From: Solirubrobacterales bacterium
GTDB taxonomy: Bacteria; Actinomycetota; Thermoleophilia; Solirubrobacterales; JACPNS01
Assembly: GCA_016185345.1 (NCBI GenBank)
Contig: JACPNS010000011.1
Location: 124-64,123 of the forward strand
Reading direction: 5' to 3'
DNA length: 64,000 bases
The notes under the pieces: generated by a model
Database searches by the model: none
Told to the model about the DNA's origin: nothing
What the model saw: the letters and a program-made list of their open reading frames with translations, nothing else
In this document: one piece after another, positions 53,569 through 62,282 of the stretch
Layout of the letters: each line of letters begins with the position of its first letter
Position numbering within the stretch: position 1 is the stretch's first letter
Made by a program: the position numbers and the translations under genes

Positions 53569-54255
53569 TTAGCCCCAGTTCATCGGATCGTCTAGTCGGA
53601 GGGTTGCGTCGAGGCGGCGGCGTTCCAGGAGCTTGGCCATGTAGCGCTGGTAGGCGTCGAGGCCACCGAAGACTTCCAGGGTCTTGGCTGCCTCCAGCCA
53701 ACTCGGCGGATCCTCATCGGCGATGAAGAGTCGATGCGTCGAGAACTTCCAATCCAGCCCGGCCCCCTTGTGGTTGTCATGCACGTATGCGACGCACCAC
53801 ATGAATGACTTGCGTCCTTCGATTCGGCGCGAGCGAAAGCGCCCCTCGAAGAGTGGGCCACTTGTCCCGTACCTGCGGTGGTAATAGAGCGTGTAGGCCC
53901 CCAGCACCCGGCGCATCAGACTGTCGATTCCGCCAGCAACTTTCTGCCACAGGACCAGGTGAAAATGATTCGAGAGCACGACCCGAGCGCACAATCTGAC
54001 TTCATTGCGCAGGCAGCGATAGGGACGACCTCGCTGATCAAAGTGCGGGACCGCAGAGAGATGGCGGTTCATCATCTGCTCAAAGACCCTGCGATCTTCG
54101 TCGTCGCGGAACAGCCAGATCCGGTCTCGGGAGTGACTCCAAACGTGATATCCGCCCGGCTCGCGCCGGTCCTGACTGAAGAGATACGGCATGCCCTCCA
54201 TCGAACCGATGCGCGCGTAACGGTTCAAGACCCAAACGCGCCGAGGACTCACCAA
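53569..54255 (-). CDS. IS200/Y1-type (REP-associated tyrosine transposase-like) protein; likely start ATG 54192 or 54201
   Basis: MPYLFSQDRREPGGYHVWSHSRDRIWLFRDDEDRRVFEQMM...LSNHFHLVLW...YHRRYGTSGPLFEGRFRSRRI...VAYVHDNH matches the Y1_Tnp (HuH ... Y) pattern. Confidence 0.75.
   Translation of the reverse strand: MVSPRRVWVLNRYARIGSMEGMPYLFSQDRREPGGYHVWSHSRDRIWLFRDDEDRRVFEQMMNRHLSAVPHFDQRGRPYRCLRNEVRLCARVVLSNHFHLVLWQKVAGGIDSLMRRVLGAYTLYYHRRYGTSGPLFEGRFRSRRIEGRKSFMWCVAYVHDNHKGAGLDWKFSTHRLFIADEDPPSWLEAAKTLEVFGGLDAYQRYMAKLLERRRLDATLRLDDPMNWG
54217..54232 (-). repeat. Copy 3 of the exact 16-nt box, 24 nt upstream of ATG 54192
   Basis: Plus strand GTAACGGTTCAAGACC. A second shared 10-mer, ACCAACTCTG, lies at 54251-54260 and at 31973-31982. 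Confidence 0.9.
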
Positions 54256-54314
54256 CTCTGCACCAATTCTCCGAAATCAAGCCGAAATCACTCCGCGCTC
54301 GATCCTCGCGGGAC

Positions 54315-54325
54315 CGAGTGTGGAA
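54315..54325 (+). repeat. Right copy of the 11-nt direct repeat CGAGTGTGGAA
   Basis: See 53555-53565. The two copies bracket 749 nt that contain only the transposase-like gene and its 5' region. Confidence 0.7.
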
Positions 54326-54366
54326 CTCCGAGCCCCTCGGGGGGCGGTTCGCCTAGCCTCCACTCC

Positions 54367-54780
54367 ATGGCTGAAGAAGAGTTCACCCACGAACTGCGCG
54401 TGCGCTACTCCGAGTGCGACGCCCAGGGCATCGTCTTCAACGCGCGCTGGTTCGAGTACTTCGACGTTGCGATGACCGAGTTCTGGCGCGAAGTGATCGG
54501 CGGCTACTCGCACCTTCCCGATTCACTTGGGGTCGAGACCGTGGTTGCGGAAACGGGCGCCAGGTTCCGCGGAGCGGGTCGTTTTGACGACCTCCTGAGC
54601 TTCTCGATTCACGTCCGGCGGATCGGCACCACGTCGATGCGGATCGAAATCGACTGTCATCGCGAAGAGGCGCTGCTCTGCGAAGGCTTCATCGAATACG
54701 TATTCGTGGACCCGCGTGAACTGATCCCGGTTGAGATCCCGCAGCGGCTGCTTGCGCTGCTTCCGGAAGTCAGCCAATAA
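54367..54780 (+). CDS. Acyl-CoA thioesterase (4HBT/YbgC-like hot-dog fold)
   Basis: MAEEEFTHELRVRYSECDAQGIVFNARWFEYFDVAMTEFWR... Only the last 137 aa of ORF 53878..54780 are credible, because the rest is antisense to the transposase-like gene. Confidence 0.8.
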   Translation: MAEEEFTHELRVRYSECDAQGIVFNARWFEYFDVAMTEFWREVIGGYSHLPDSLGVETVVAETGARFRGAGRFDDLLSFSIHVRRIGTTSMRIEIDCHREEALLCEGFIEYVFVDPRELIPVEIPQRLLALLPEVSQ

Positions 54781-55807
54781 CGCTGGCGATAGAGCCAGGT
54801 GCCGGCGCCACTTTGACGCGGTCGCCGACCTCGCAGAGTTCGACCGACGGTCGCTGAGCCACCAGCGTTCCGCCGTCTGCGGCTCGCACGCGATACATGA
54901 TGTCGTGGCCGTAGAACTCGCGCTCGACGACTTCGTACCCGCCCGCCGAATCGGCCGTCACTTCAAGCTGCTCGGGTCGGATCGCGATCGTGTGCTCTCC
55001 GTCGTCGACCTTGTGCGCCAACGCGATCAGGCCAAGCTCAGTGTGGACGCTGTCGGATTCGACATGGCCGTTCAACACGTTGACGTCGCCGACAAACTCG
55101 GCGACCCAGCGCTCGACCGGTCGCCAGTAGATCTCCTGCGGCCCACCGGTCTGCACGATCTTGCCGTCGCGCATCACTGCCACGCGATCCGCCATCGAAA
55201 GCGCTTCTTCCTGATCGTGGGTCACGAGGATCGCGGTTGCGCCGACTTCTCGCAGAATCGCATGAACGTCGCGACGCAGTCCTGCCCTCAGTGACGCGTC
55301 AAGGCTCGAGAAGGGCTCGTCAAGGAGGACCACGTCTGGCTCTGGTGCCAGCGCGCGAGCGAGCGCAACGCGCTGCCGCTCACCGCCGGAGAGTTCATGC
55401 GCGTAGGCGTCTTCGCGGTGGGAAAGTCCGACAAGTTCGAGCGCTCGTCGCGCGACGGCTTTGCGCTCGGCGCGTGCCGACCCATGAAGACCGAACTCGA
55501 CGTTCCTCAAAACAGACAGATGCGGGAACAATGCGTAGTCCTGAACGACCATCCCGATCTGACGCTTCTCCGGCGGCACTGGCGAACGGTTAGCACCGCT
55601 CAGTACGCGACCGCCGACAGAGACCTCGCCCGAGTCGGGAAGTTCGAAGCCCATCAGCAGTCGCAACAGAGTCGATTTGCCGCAGCCGGATGGCCCCAGC
55701 ACCGCGAACAGCTCGCCGCGCTGAACAGAAATCGAGGCGCCATCGAGCGCGACGATCTCGCCGAAGCGCTTGGTGACGGAGTTGATTTCTATGGCGAATT
55801 CCAACAT
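54770..55807 (-). CDS. ABC transporter ATP-binding protein (Fe3+/spermidine FbpC/PotA type)
   Basis: ATG 55807 gives MLEFAIEINSVTKRFG... with [27 protein letters not shown] and a TOBE-like C-terminus. Upstream of 55807 the ORF-track version is not ABC-like. Confidence 0.88.
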   Translation of the reverse strand: MLEFAIEINSVTKRFGEIVALDGASISVQRGELFAVLGPSGCGKSTLLRLLMGFELPDSGEVSVGGRVLSGANRSPVPPEKRQIGMVVQDYALFPHLSVLRNVEFGLHGSARAERKAVARRALELVGLSHREDAYAHELSGGERQRVALARALAPEPDVVLLDEPFSSLDASLRAGLRRDVHAILREVGATAILVTHDQEEALSMADRVAVMRDGKIVQTGGPQEIYWRPVERWVAEFVGDVNVLNGHVESDSVHTELGLIALAHKVDDGEHTIAIRPEQLEVTADSAGGYEVVEREFYGHDIMYRVRAADGGTLVAQRPSVELCEVGDRVKVAPAPGSIASVIG

Positions 55808-55823
55808 TGCAGGTAAGACTTTA

Positions 55824-55837
55824 TTAGGCTTGCCTAA
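55824..55837. promoter_or_regulatory. Perfect palindrome TTAGGC-TT-GCCTAA (DtxR/IdeR iron-box-like) in a divergent promoter
   Basis: Read from the sequence. By hand alignment, the 19-mer 55819-55837 (CTTTATTAGGCTTGCCTAA) matches TTAGGTTAGGCTAACCTAA at 13 of 19 positions. Confidence 0.5.
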
Positions 55838-55885
55838 ATGAGTTGGCAAATACTTGGTATTCACCTGCCCCACGAAAGGCCGATC

Positions 55886-56938
55886 TTGAAACACCTCCAC
55901 CCAGCACGAACGGTGCTCGCACTTCTGACCCTGGCGCTCGCGCTCGCAGCCACAGGCTGCGGTGACAAGTCGACCGCAAACAATGCCGAAGCGACAGACT
56001 CGCTCGTCATCTACTCCGGCCGCGAGGCCGAACTCGTGAAAGACGTCTACGCAAAGTTCGAAAAGCAATCCGGCGTCAAACTCGAAATCCGCTACGCCCA
56101 GACCCCCGAGCTCGCCGCGACCTTGATCGAAGAGGGCAAGAACACACGCGCCGACGTCTTCTACGCGCAAGATGCCAGCGCAGTCGGTTCGGTGGCCAAG
56201 AAGGGACTGCTCGCGCCGATCACCGCCAAGTCGTTCGCTGATGTCCCGGAACGATTCCGCAATGCGGACGGGGTGTGGACCGGCATCACCGGCCGCGTCC
56301 GTACCCAGATCTACAACACGGACAAACTAAAGGCCGACGAACTGCCCGCGTCCGTGCTTGAGCTGACCAAGCCCACGTGGAAGGGGCGCGTCGCGATCGC
56401 CCCGGGCAATTCGTCGTTTCAGGGTTTCGTCACGGCGATGCGCGAAACGATCGGAGACGACAAGACCAAAGCGTGGCTTGAAGGCATGAAGGCCAACGAC
56501 GTCAAGACCTACGAGACCAACGGCGACATTGCCGCGGCGGTCGCAGACGGCGAGGTCGACTCTGGCCTCGTGAACCACTATTACCTCTACGAGCTGCTCG
56601 CCGAAAACCCGGACGCGCCCGCGGCCAACCACTTCTTCAAGAAGGGCGACCCCGGCACTTTCGTGAACGCCTCGGCCGCCGGAGTACTCAAGGCTGGCAA
56701 GAACCAGGCAAACGCGCAGAAGTTCATCGAGTTCATGCTCAGCGAGGGCCAGACCTACTTCGCAACCGAAGCTGCCGAGAAGGAGTACCCGGTCGTCGCC
56801 AGCTACCGGGCCAAGCTCCCCAAGTCGCTGCCGTCGCTCGATGAGGTCAAAGGTCCTGACGTCTCACTCGACACGCTCGGCGACGGATTGCCGAGTACGG
56901 TTCGGATGATTGAGTCCATCGGCTTCCCAGGAACCTGA
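55886..56938 (+). CDS. Fe(III) ABC transporter substrate-binding lipoprotein (start TTG 55886 or ATG 55838)
   Basis: Lipobox LALAATGCG. LVIYSGREAELVKDVYAKFEKQSGVKLEIRY...ADVFYAQDA is the FbpA/AfuA-like family 1 SBP pattern. GAAAGG lies 7 nt before the TTG. Confidence 0.85.
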   Translation: MKHLHPARTVLALLTLALALAATGCGDKSTANNAEATDSLVIYSGREAELVKDVYAKFEKQSGVKLEIRYAQTPELAATLIEEGKNTRADVFYAQDASAVGSVAKKGLLAPITAKSFADVPERFRNADGVWTGITGRVRTQIYNTDKLKADELPASVLELTKPTWKGRVAIAPGNSSFQGFVTAMRETIGDDKTKAWLEGMKANDVKTYETNGDIAAAVADGEVDSGLVNHYYLYELLAENPDAPAANHFFKKGDPGTFVNASAAGVLKAGKNQANAQKFIEFMLSEGQTYFATEAAEKEYPVVASYRAKLPKSLPSLDEVKGPDVSLDTLGDGLPSTVRMIESIGFPGT

Positions 56939-58547
56939 TCCGCGCCTGACCAGTTCAGCGCGGCAGCCCCGCCGGAATCTCATATTCATTCCGGCGGGGT
57001 TCGCGGCGCTGCTGACGCTCATCCCGATCCTCTATGTGGTGGTCCGGTCGATTGATGCTGACCATTACGCATGGGAACGACTTTTCTCCGATCGCACGCT
57101 TGAGCTGCTCGTCAACAGCCTGGGCCTGGCCGGCGCCGTTGCGATCGCGGCGATTGCGATCTCGTTGCCATACGCATGGCTCGTCACCTCGACCAACATG
57201 CCGGGGCGGCGGTTCTTTGAGATAACTGGTCCGCTTCCGCTGGTGGTGCCGAGCTATGTCGGCGCAGCGATCATGCTCGATGCATTCGGACCGCGCGGGT
57301 TGCTGCAGCAGCTCCTCGAATCGCCACTCGGCGTCGAGCGCGTGCCATCGATCTACGGCTTCTTCGGGGCATTCGTGACGCTGACGCTTTTCACCTATCC
57401 CTACGTCCTGCTGCTCGCCGTCGCGGCGTTCAAGCGTGTGGACCCGGCGATGGAGGAAACGGCTCGTGGCCTCGGCCTGAGCCCCGTGCGTGCGTTCGTG
57501 CGCGCGACTCTTCCCCAGCTCAGGCCTGCCCTGGTTGCGGGCGGACTGCTCTGCGCCTTGTATGCGATCTCAGACTTCGGAGTTGTCTCACTGATGCGCT
57601 TTGACACCTTCACTCGGGCGATCTACAACCTCTACCGTTCGTTCTACGATCCGGGCGGAGCAGCACTTCTTGCGTCCCTGGTGATTGTTCTGACCGGCAC
57701 GATTCTGGCCTTCGAATACCGCCTGCGCCTCGACCCACAAAAGTTGGCCGTCCGTTCGGCTCGCTCCGCAGAGCGCACGCTGGCAACGATCGGACGCTGG
57801 CGATATGCAGGCCTCGCCTTCTGCCTGACCGTCTTCCTGCTCTCGATCGCGATGCCGCTGTTCGTGCTCGGTTACTGGATCGCGACCGGTCCTCAGGCTC
57901 AGTGGTTCGACGCCGAAACCCTCAATGCGATCACGGGCTCGGTCAGTGCGTCAGGCTGGGCCGCCTTCGCCGCCACCGCGCTTGCGATACCCGTAGCGAT
58001 CGTGTCGCTCAAGCATCCGGGCCGCGCTGCCCGGGCGATCGAGATCATCACCACCTCGGGCTTTGCGCTGCCGGGCGTTGTTGTCGCCCTCGGCCTCGTG
58101 TTCTTCGCAACGCGTTTTGCGGGAGTGCTCTACCAGTCGCTGGCGCTGCTGGTGATCGCCTACGTGATCCGCTTCATCCCCCAGGCGATCGAGGGCGCGC
58201 GGGCTGGGCTCGAGCGCGCCGATCCGGGCCTCGACGAAGCAGCGCGCGGACTTGGTGCAAATCGAATGCGCGTCTTTCGGACGATCACCCTGCCGCTCGC
58301 AGCCCCCGGTGTGGCCGCAGGAGCGATGCTCGTCTTCCTGACCGCGATGAAGGAGCTCCCCGCGACGCTGATCCTGAAACCGACTGGCTTCGAGACACTC
58401 GCGACGCGAATATGGGAGGCGGCGAGCACGGCTTCCTACTCCCAAGCGGCGGTGCCAGCGCTGATCCTGATCGCAATTTCAGCTGTGGCGTTGGCCGCCG
58501 GCTCCTCGAAGCGCGTTGACTCCGGGCGACCCCGTCCGCGCGACTGA
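56910..58547 (+). CDS. Iron ABC transporter permease (fused two-domain FbpB type)
   Basis: 545 aa, with two EAA-loop modules (MEETARGLGLSPVRAF and LDEAARGLGANRMRVF). Confidence 0.88.
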   Translation: MSPSASQEPDPRLTSSARQPRRNLIFIPAGFAALLTLIPILYVVVRSIDADHYAWERLFSDRTLELLVNSLGLAGAVAIAAIAISLPYAWLVTSTNMPGRRFFEITGPLPLVVPSYVGAAIMLDAFGPRGLLQQLLESPLGVERVPSIYGFFGAFVTLTLFTYPYVLLLAVAAFKRVDPAMEETARGLGLSPVRAFVRATLPQLRPALVAGGLLCALYAISDFGVVSLMRFDTFTRAIYNLYRSFYDPGGAALLASLVIVLTGTILAFEYRLRLDPQKLAVRSARSAERTLATIGRWRYAGLAFCLTVFLLSIAMPLFVLGYWIATGPQAQWFDAETLNAITGSVSASGWAAFAATALAIPVAIVSLKHPGRAARAIEIITTSGFALPGVVVALGLVFFATRFAGVLYQSLALLVIAYVIRFIPQAIEGARAGLERADPGLDEAARGLGANRMRVFRTITLPLAAPGVAAGAMLVFLTAMKELPATLILKPTGFETLATRIWEAASTASYSQAAVPALILIAISAVALAAGSSKRVDSGRPRPRD

Positions 58548-58654
58548 ACTACTAGTTCCGAAGACTCAACTACAATTCCTACCACCGAGGACGGGTATAG
58601 ACCGTCCCGGGCTCGATCCCCGTCGAAAACACTTACTTACCGAGGACCCCGCTT

Positions 58655-60052
58655 ATGGCGACCATCGACAAGACCCGCATCCCGAACAACCCGATCAAAG
58701 AAAAGTCGGACGGCTCACTTGTGGCCAAGAACGGGATCTCCCGCGAGGTCGTCGTCGAGATGTCGAAGATCAAGAACGAGCCGCAGTTCATGTTGGACAT
58801 GCGCTTGAAGAGCCTTGACATCTTCCACCGCAAGCCCGTCCCAACCTGGGGAGTCGACCTCTCTGGCCTCGACCTTGACGAGCTCGTCCTTTACAGCCCG
58901 CCCGGCACAGGCAAGTTCGACAGCTGGGACGACGTCCCCGACGAGCAGAAGGACACCTTCGAGAAGCTCGGCATCCCGCAGGCAGAGCGTGAATACCTCG
59001 CCGGCGTAGTCGGAGTATGGGACAACAACACCTTTTACGAGGGACTGAAAGAGCAGTACTCAGACCTCGGAATCATCTTCACCTCGATGGACACCGCAGT
59101 CCAGGAGTACCCGGAGCTCGTCGAGCAGTACTTCATGAAGCGCTGCGTCCCGCCGCAGGACAACAAGTACAGCGCGCTGCACGGCGCAATCTGGTCCGGC
59201 GGATCCTTCGCATACATCCCGAAGGGCGTGAAGGTCGACCTTCCGCTGCAGGCCTACTTCCGCATGGAAGGTTCGGCCGAAGGCACCTTCGAGCATACGC
59301 TGATCATCGCCGAAGAAGGCTCAGAGATCAACTACATCGAGGGCTGCACCGCGCAGAGCTACAGCCTCAACTCGATGCACAGCGCAGTCGTTGAGATCTT
59401 CGTCAAGGAAGGCGCCAAGGCGCGTTACACGACCGTTCAGAACTGGTCCAAGGACGTCTACAACCTCAACACCAAGCGCGCAATCGTCGAGGCCGAAGGC
59501 ACCGTCGAATGGGTCGGCGGCTCGATGGGCGCCAAGTACGTGATGCTCTACCCAGGTAGCTACCTGGTCGGCGAGCACGCCCGCGCGGACCACCTGAACG
59601 TCGGCGTCGCCGGCAAGGGAGTCTGGAAGGACACCGGCGCCAAGGTCGTGCACAACGCCCCGAACACCACTTCAAACATCCTCGCCAAGTCGATCTCCAA
59701 GGATGGCGGAATCATGGGTTACCGCGGTCTGGTGCGAATGGGCAAGAACTCACAGGGCAGCAAGTCGCGTGTCCAGTGCGACGGCTTGATGATGGATGAC
59801 CTCTCGCGCTCAGACACCTGGCCCGACATCCAGATCCAGAACCCTTACGTCACGGTTGCCCACGAGGCAGTCGTCGGCAAGATCTCTGACGAGCAGCTCT
59901 TTTACCTGCGTTCACGCGGGCTCACAGAGGACGAGGCCGCCGGAATGATCGTCAACGGCTTCATCGAGCCGGTCACGAAGGAGCTCCCGATGGAATACGC
60001 GGTCGAGCTCAACCGACTGATCCAGCTCGAGATGGAAGGCTCAGTCGGTTAG
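58655..60052 (+). CDS. sufB: Fe-S cluster assembly scaffold SufB
   Basis: 465 aa. ...MRLKSLDIFHRKPVPTWG...TAQSYSLNSMHSAVVEIFV...VGKISDEQLFYLRSRGLTEDEA matches the canonical SufB sequence. Confidence 0.95.
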   Translation: MATIDKTRIPNNPIKEKSDGSLVAKNGISREVVVEMSKIKNEPQFMLDMRLKSLDIFHRKPVPTWGVDLSGLDLDELVLYSPPGTGKFDSWDDVPDEQKDTFEKLGIPQAEREYLAGVVGVWDNNTFYEGLKEQYSDLGIIFTSMDTAVQEYPELVEQYFMKRCVPPQDNKYSALHGAIWSGGSFAYIPKGVKVDLPLQAYFRMEGSAEGTFEHTLIIAEEGSEINYIEGCTAQSYSLNSMHSAVVEIFVKEGAKARYTTVQNWSKDVYNLNTKRAIVEAEGTVEWVGGSMGAKYVMLYPGSYLVGEHARADHLNVGVAGKGVWKDTGAKVVHNAPNTTSNILAKSISKDGGIMGYRGLVRMGKNSQGSKSRVQCDGLMMDDLSRSDTWPDIQIQNPYVTVAHEAVVGKISDEQLFYLRSRGLTEDEAAGMIVNGFIEPVTKELPMEYAVELNRLIQLEMEGSVG

Positions 60053-60086
60053 TTCCGGCTGAGCGCGCCACTGACGGCGCCCAAGC

Positions 60087-60806
60087 ATGGCCACCACTCC
60101 CAGCCAGGCAAACCTCGACAAGAACGAGATCTTCGCCGCGACCATGCGCGAAACGCGCGAGACCCTCGACCGCTGGGGCGAGGAGAAGACAAAGGTCCTC
60201 GGCGGCTGGATGATCAAATCGCTTTGCATCGCTCTGACGATGTTGCTTGCGGTGTACATCGTCTCCCTGCTCGTCGGCGGCGCCGACACGTACGCGCTCC
60301 CAAACATCCTCGGCAAACCGCACATGTCAGATGTGGTGGTCGTCTTCTTCCGCAACATGCTCGTCCTCGCGCTCCATGGCTTCGTCTGCCTGGCGGGCTT
60401 CATGGCAATGCGCGCTCTGCCTGAGCAGTCCAAGTACAAGAGCGGGCTGAACCGCTGGGTGCACGAGCACGCGGGTCCGGCCGCGATGATCTTCGTATCC
60501 GCGGCGACGATCTTCTCGATGACGACACAGACCTGGATCCTCGGTAACCAGGTTGCAGATCTTTCCTTCAGCCTCGGCGTGTCGCAGGCCACGTTGATGC
60601 TCACCGTCCTCCCTCACGCGGTCCTGGAGTTGACGGCAGTCTTCCTGCCGCTCGCCGCGTTTCTCACGGCAAGCCGCGCGCACGAGTGGGATCAGCTTCT
60701 GGCGGCCACGATCGTCACGGTTTCGGTGGCGATCCCGATGGTCATCATCGCCGCGCTCCTGGAGGCGTATCTCTGGCCGACCACGCTCCAGTCCGTGATC
60801 TTTTAA
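60087..60806 (+). CDS. Polytopic membrane protein (SpoIIM/DUF95-like, tentative)
   Basis: 239 aa with about 6 transmembrane helices. FFRNMLVLALHGFVCLAG and LPHAVLELTAVFLPLAAF resemble the DUF95 pattern. The family call is from memory only. Confidence 0.45.
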   Translation: MATTPSQANLDKNEIFAATMRETRETLDRWGEEKTKVLGGWMIKSLCIALTMLLAVYIVSLLVGGADTYALPNILGKPHMSDVVVVFFRNMLVLALHGFVCLAGFMAMRALPEQSKYKSGLNRWVHEHAGPAAMIFVSAATIFSMTTQTWILGNQVADLSFSLGVSQATLMLTVLPHAVLELTAVFLPLAAFLTASRAHEWDQLLAATIVTVSVAIPMVIIAALLEAYLWPTTLQSVIF

Positions 60807-60817
60807 CCTCTCTCGCC

Positions 60818-61627
60818 GTGCGCGTCACAGATCGGGAAATCATCGTTCCGGACCTGCCGGAAAACGTCACCTGGGTCAACTTCGAACCAGAGTCGATCGA
60901 CGACCTCCTGCGCGTTGGTCCGGTGCTGATCGAGTTCTGGGACTTCGCGCGGATCAACTCGCTGCGCACGCTGCCGTACATGGAGGAGTGGACCAGGCGC
61001 TACGCCTCATCTGGCGCAACCGTGCTTGGCGTTCATTCGTCGGGCTTCTCGTTCGCAAAGGACGAGACAGTGGTCCGCGATGCGATCAAGCGCCTCGGCG
61101 TGCAGCACCCTGTGATCCTCGACCCCGAGTTCCAGCTCTGGCAAGCATTCGAGAACCGCGGCTGGCCCGCGCGCTACCTGTTCGGGCGCCACGGAATGCT
61201 CAAGTACTTCCACTACGGCGAGGGTGACTACGACGAGGCCGAGCTGACGCTCCAGGAAGTGCTGCGCGAACTTGACCCGGAGATCGAGCTTGAGCCGATC
61301 ATGGATCCCCTGCGACCCGAAGACGCCCCCGGCGTTGAGCTGCACCCTCAGACGGCTGACCTGCAACTCCCCGACGGCGCCGACCGCCTGAAGGTGAAGG
61401 GCACCTGGGGAAGCGCCGAGGACTACATCCAGTCCGAGAAGGCCGGCAACAAGGTGAGTGTGAAGTGCGATGCCGGCTCGGCGTGGGCAGTTCTTTCAGG
61501 CGAGGGCGTTGAGTACCCCGGTCTGCACGAAGTGCCGATCGAAGACGGCCGTGCCTCGGTCGAAGCAGCTGGACCGGGCCTGCGCGTCCACGGCTTTCAG
61601 TTCACGCCGAAGCCGCCGATCGCGTAA
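60818..61627 (+). CDS. DipZ-C-terminal-like thioredoxin-fold protein lacking the CxxC motif
   Basis: GTG 60818. PVLIEFWDFARINSLRTLPY occupies the place of the ...FW..xCxxC... redox motif. ...GVHSSGFSFAKDE...WPARYLF...FHYGEGDY. The upstream part of the ORF-track version overlaps the preceding gene. Confidence 0.6.
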   Translation: MRVTDREIIVPDLPENVTWVNFEPESIDDLLRVGPVLIEFWDFARINSLRTLPYMEEWTRRYASSGATVLGVHSSGFSFAKDETVVRDAIKRLGVQHPVILDPEFQLWQAFENRGWPARYLFGRHGMLKYFHYGEGDYDEAELTLQEVLRELDPEIELEPIMDPLRPEDAPGVELHPQTADLQLPDGADRLKVKGTWGSAEDYIQSEKAGNKVSVKCDAGSAWAVLSGEGVEYPGLHEVPIEDGRASVEAAGPGLRVHGFQFTPKPPIA

Positions 61628-61970
61628 ACAGCGCGATCCGCGCGGCCACCTCGTCGCGCACCGCATCCGAGGCGCGCGCAATTGGCGACACAAGGCGCTC
61701 TTGGCTGACCGCGCGAATTTGGTATGGCTCGACGTAGCCGACGCGAACCCCGTTGCCAGCTCCGCCCTCGGAACTGCGCGGCAGTTCGATACGCACCGCG
61801 GCGTCACGCGGCGTGGTTGTGATCGGGCAGACGATCGCCAACTTTGCAGGCGCTTGGTTGATCTGATCGACGGAAACAACCAGGACCGGACGCGTTTTCG
61901 CCTGCTCGGAACCGATCACCGGATCCAGCCGTGCCCACCACACCTCGCCCTGCACCGCATGGCGAGCCAC
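61602..61970 (-). CDS. mazF: MazF/PemK-family type II toxin (mRNA interferase)
   Basis: GEVWWARLDPVIGSEQAKTRPVLVVS...AIVCPITTT is the PemK signature. Confidence 0.85.
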   Translation of the reverse strand: MARHAVQGEVWWARLDPVIGSEQAKTRPVLVVSVDQINQAPAKLAIVCPITTTPRDAAVRIELPRSSEGGAGNGVRVGYVEPYQIRAVSQERLVSPIARASDAVRDEVAARIALFTRSAASA

Positions 61971-61978
61971 TTCCGGCG

Positions 61979-62233
61979 CTACCAGTCCGAGAAGTCGTCG
62001 TTGGGATTCAAGCCGTCGGCTGCAACCGCATCGAGCGCCTGCGTGTCAGCGGCGATCTCGTCCGCGTCTACGGAGAGCGAAGTCGCGAGCGCAGCGAGCA
62101 AACTCGCCTCACGCGCCTCGGAAACCAGCTGATCGAGCGTGTCGATCGACGTAGAACCCGTCGATGCGGCAAGCTCTTTCAGTGCATCACGAGTCTCGGC
62201 GCGAGCGCGAATCATCACTGTGTGACTGTGCAT
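61979..62233 (-). CDS. Cognate antitoxin (small acidic-tailed DNA-binding protein)
   Basis: 84 aa, located 8 nt upstream of mazF. It has an N-terminal basic/strand-helix region and an acidic C-terminus (NPNDDFSDW). Confidence 0.65.
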   Translation of the reverse strand: MHSHTVMIRARAETRDALKELAASTGSTSIDTLDQLVSEAREASLLAALATSLSVDADEIAADTQALDAVAADGLNPNDDFSDW

Positions 62234-62282
62234 ACCGCTCAGTATACCCAGAACGTATACAGATTACGTATACAACCGAAGC

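Noticed and set aside
53878-54366. N-terminal 163 codons of the 300-aa ORF 53878-54780.
   Set aside because: This part is antisense to the IS200/RayT-like gene and has no motif. The thioesterase homology starts at ATG 54367 (MAEEEFTHELRVRYSECD).
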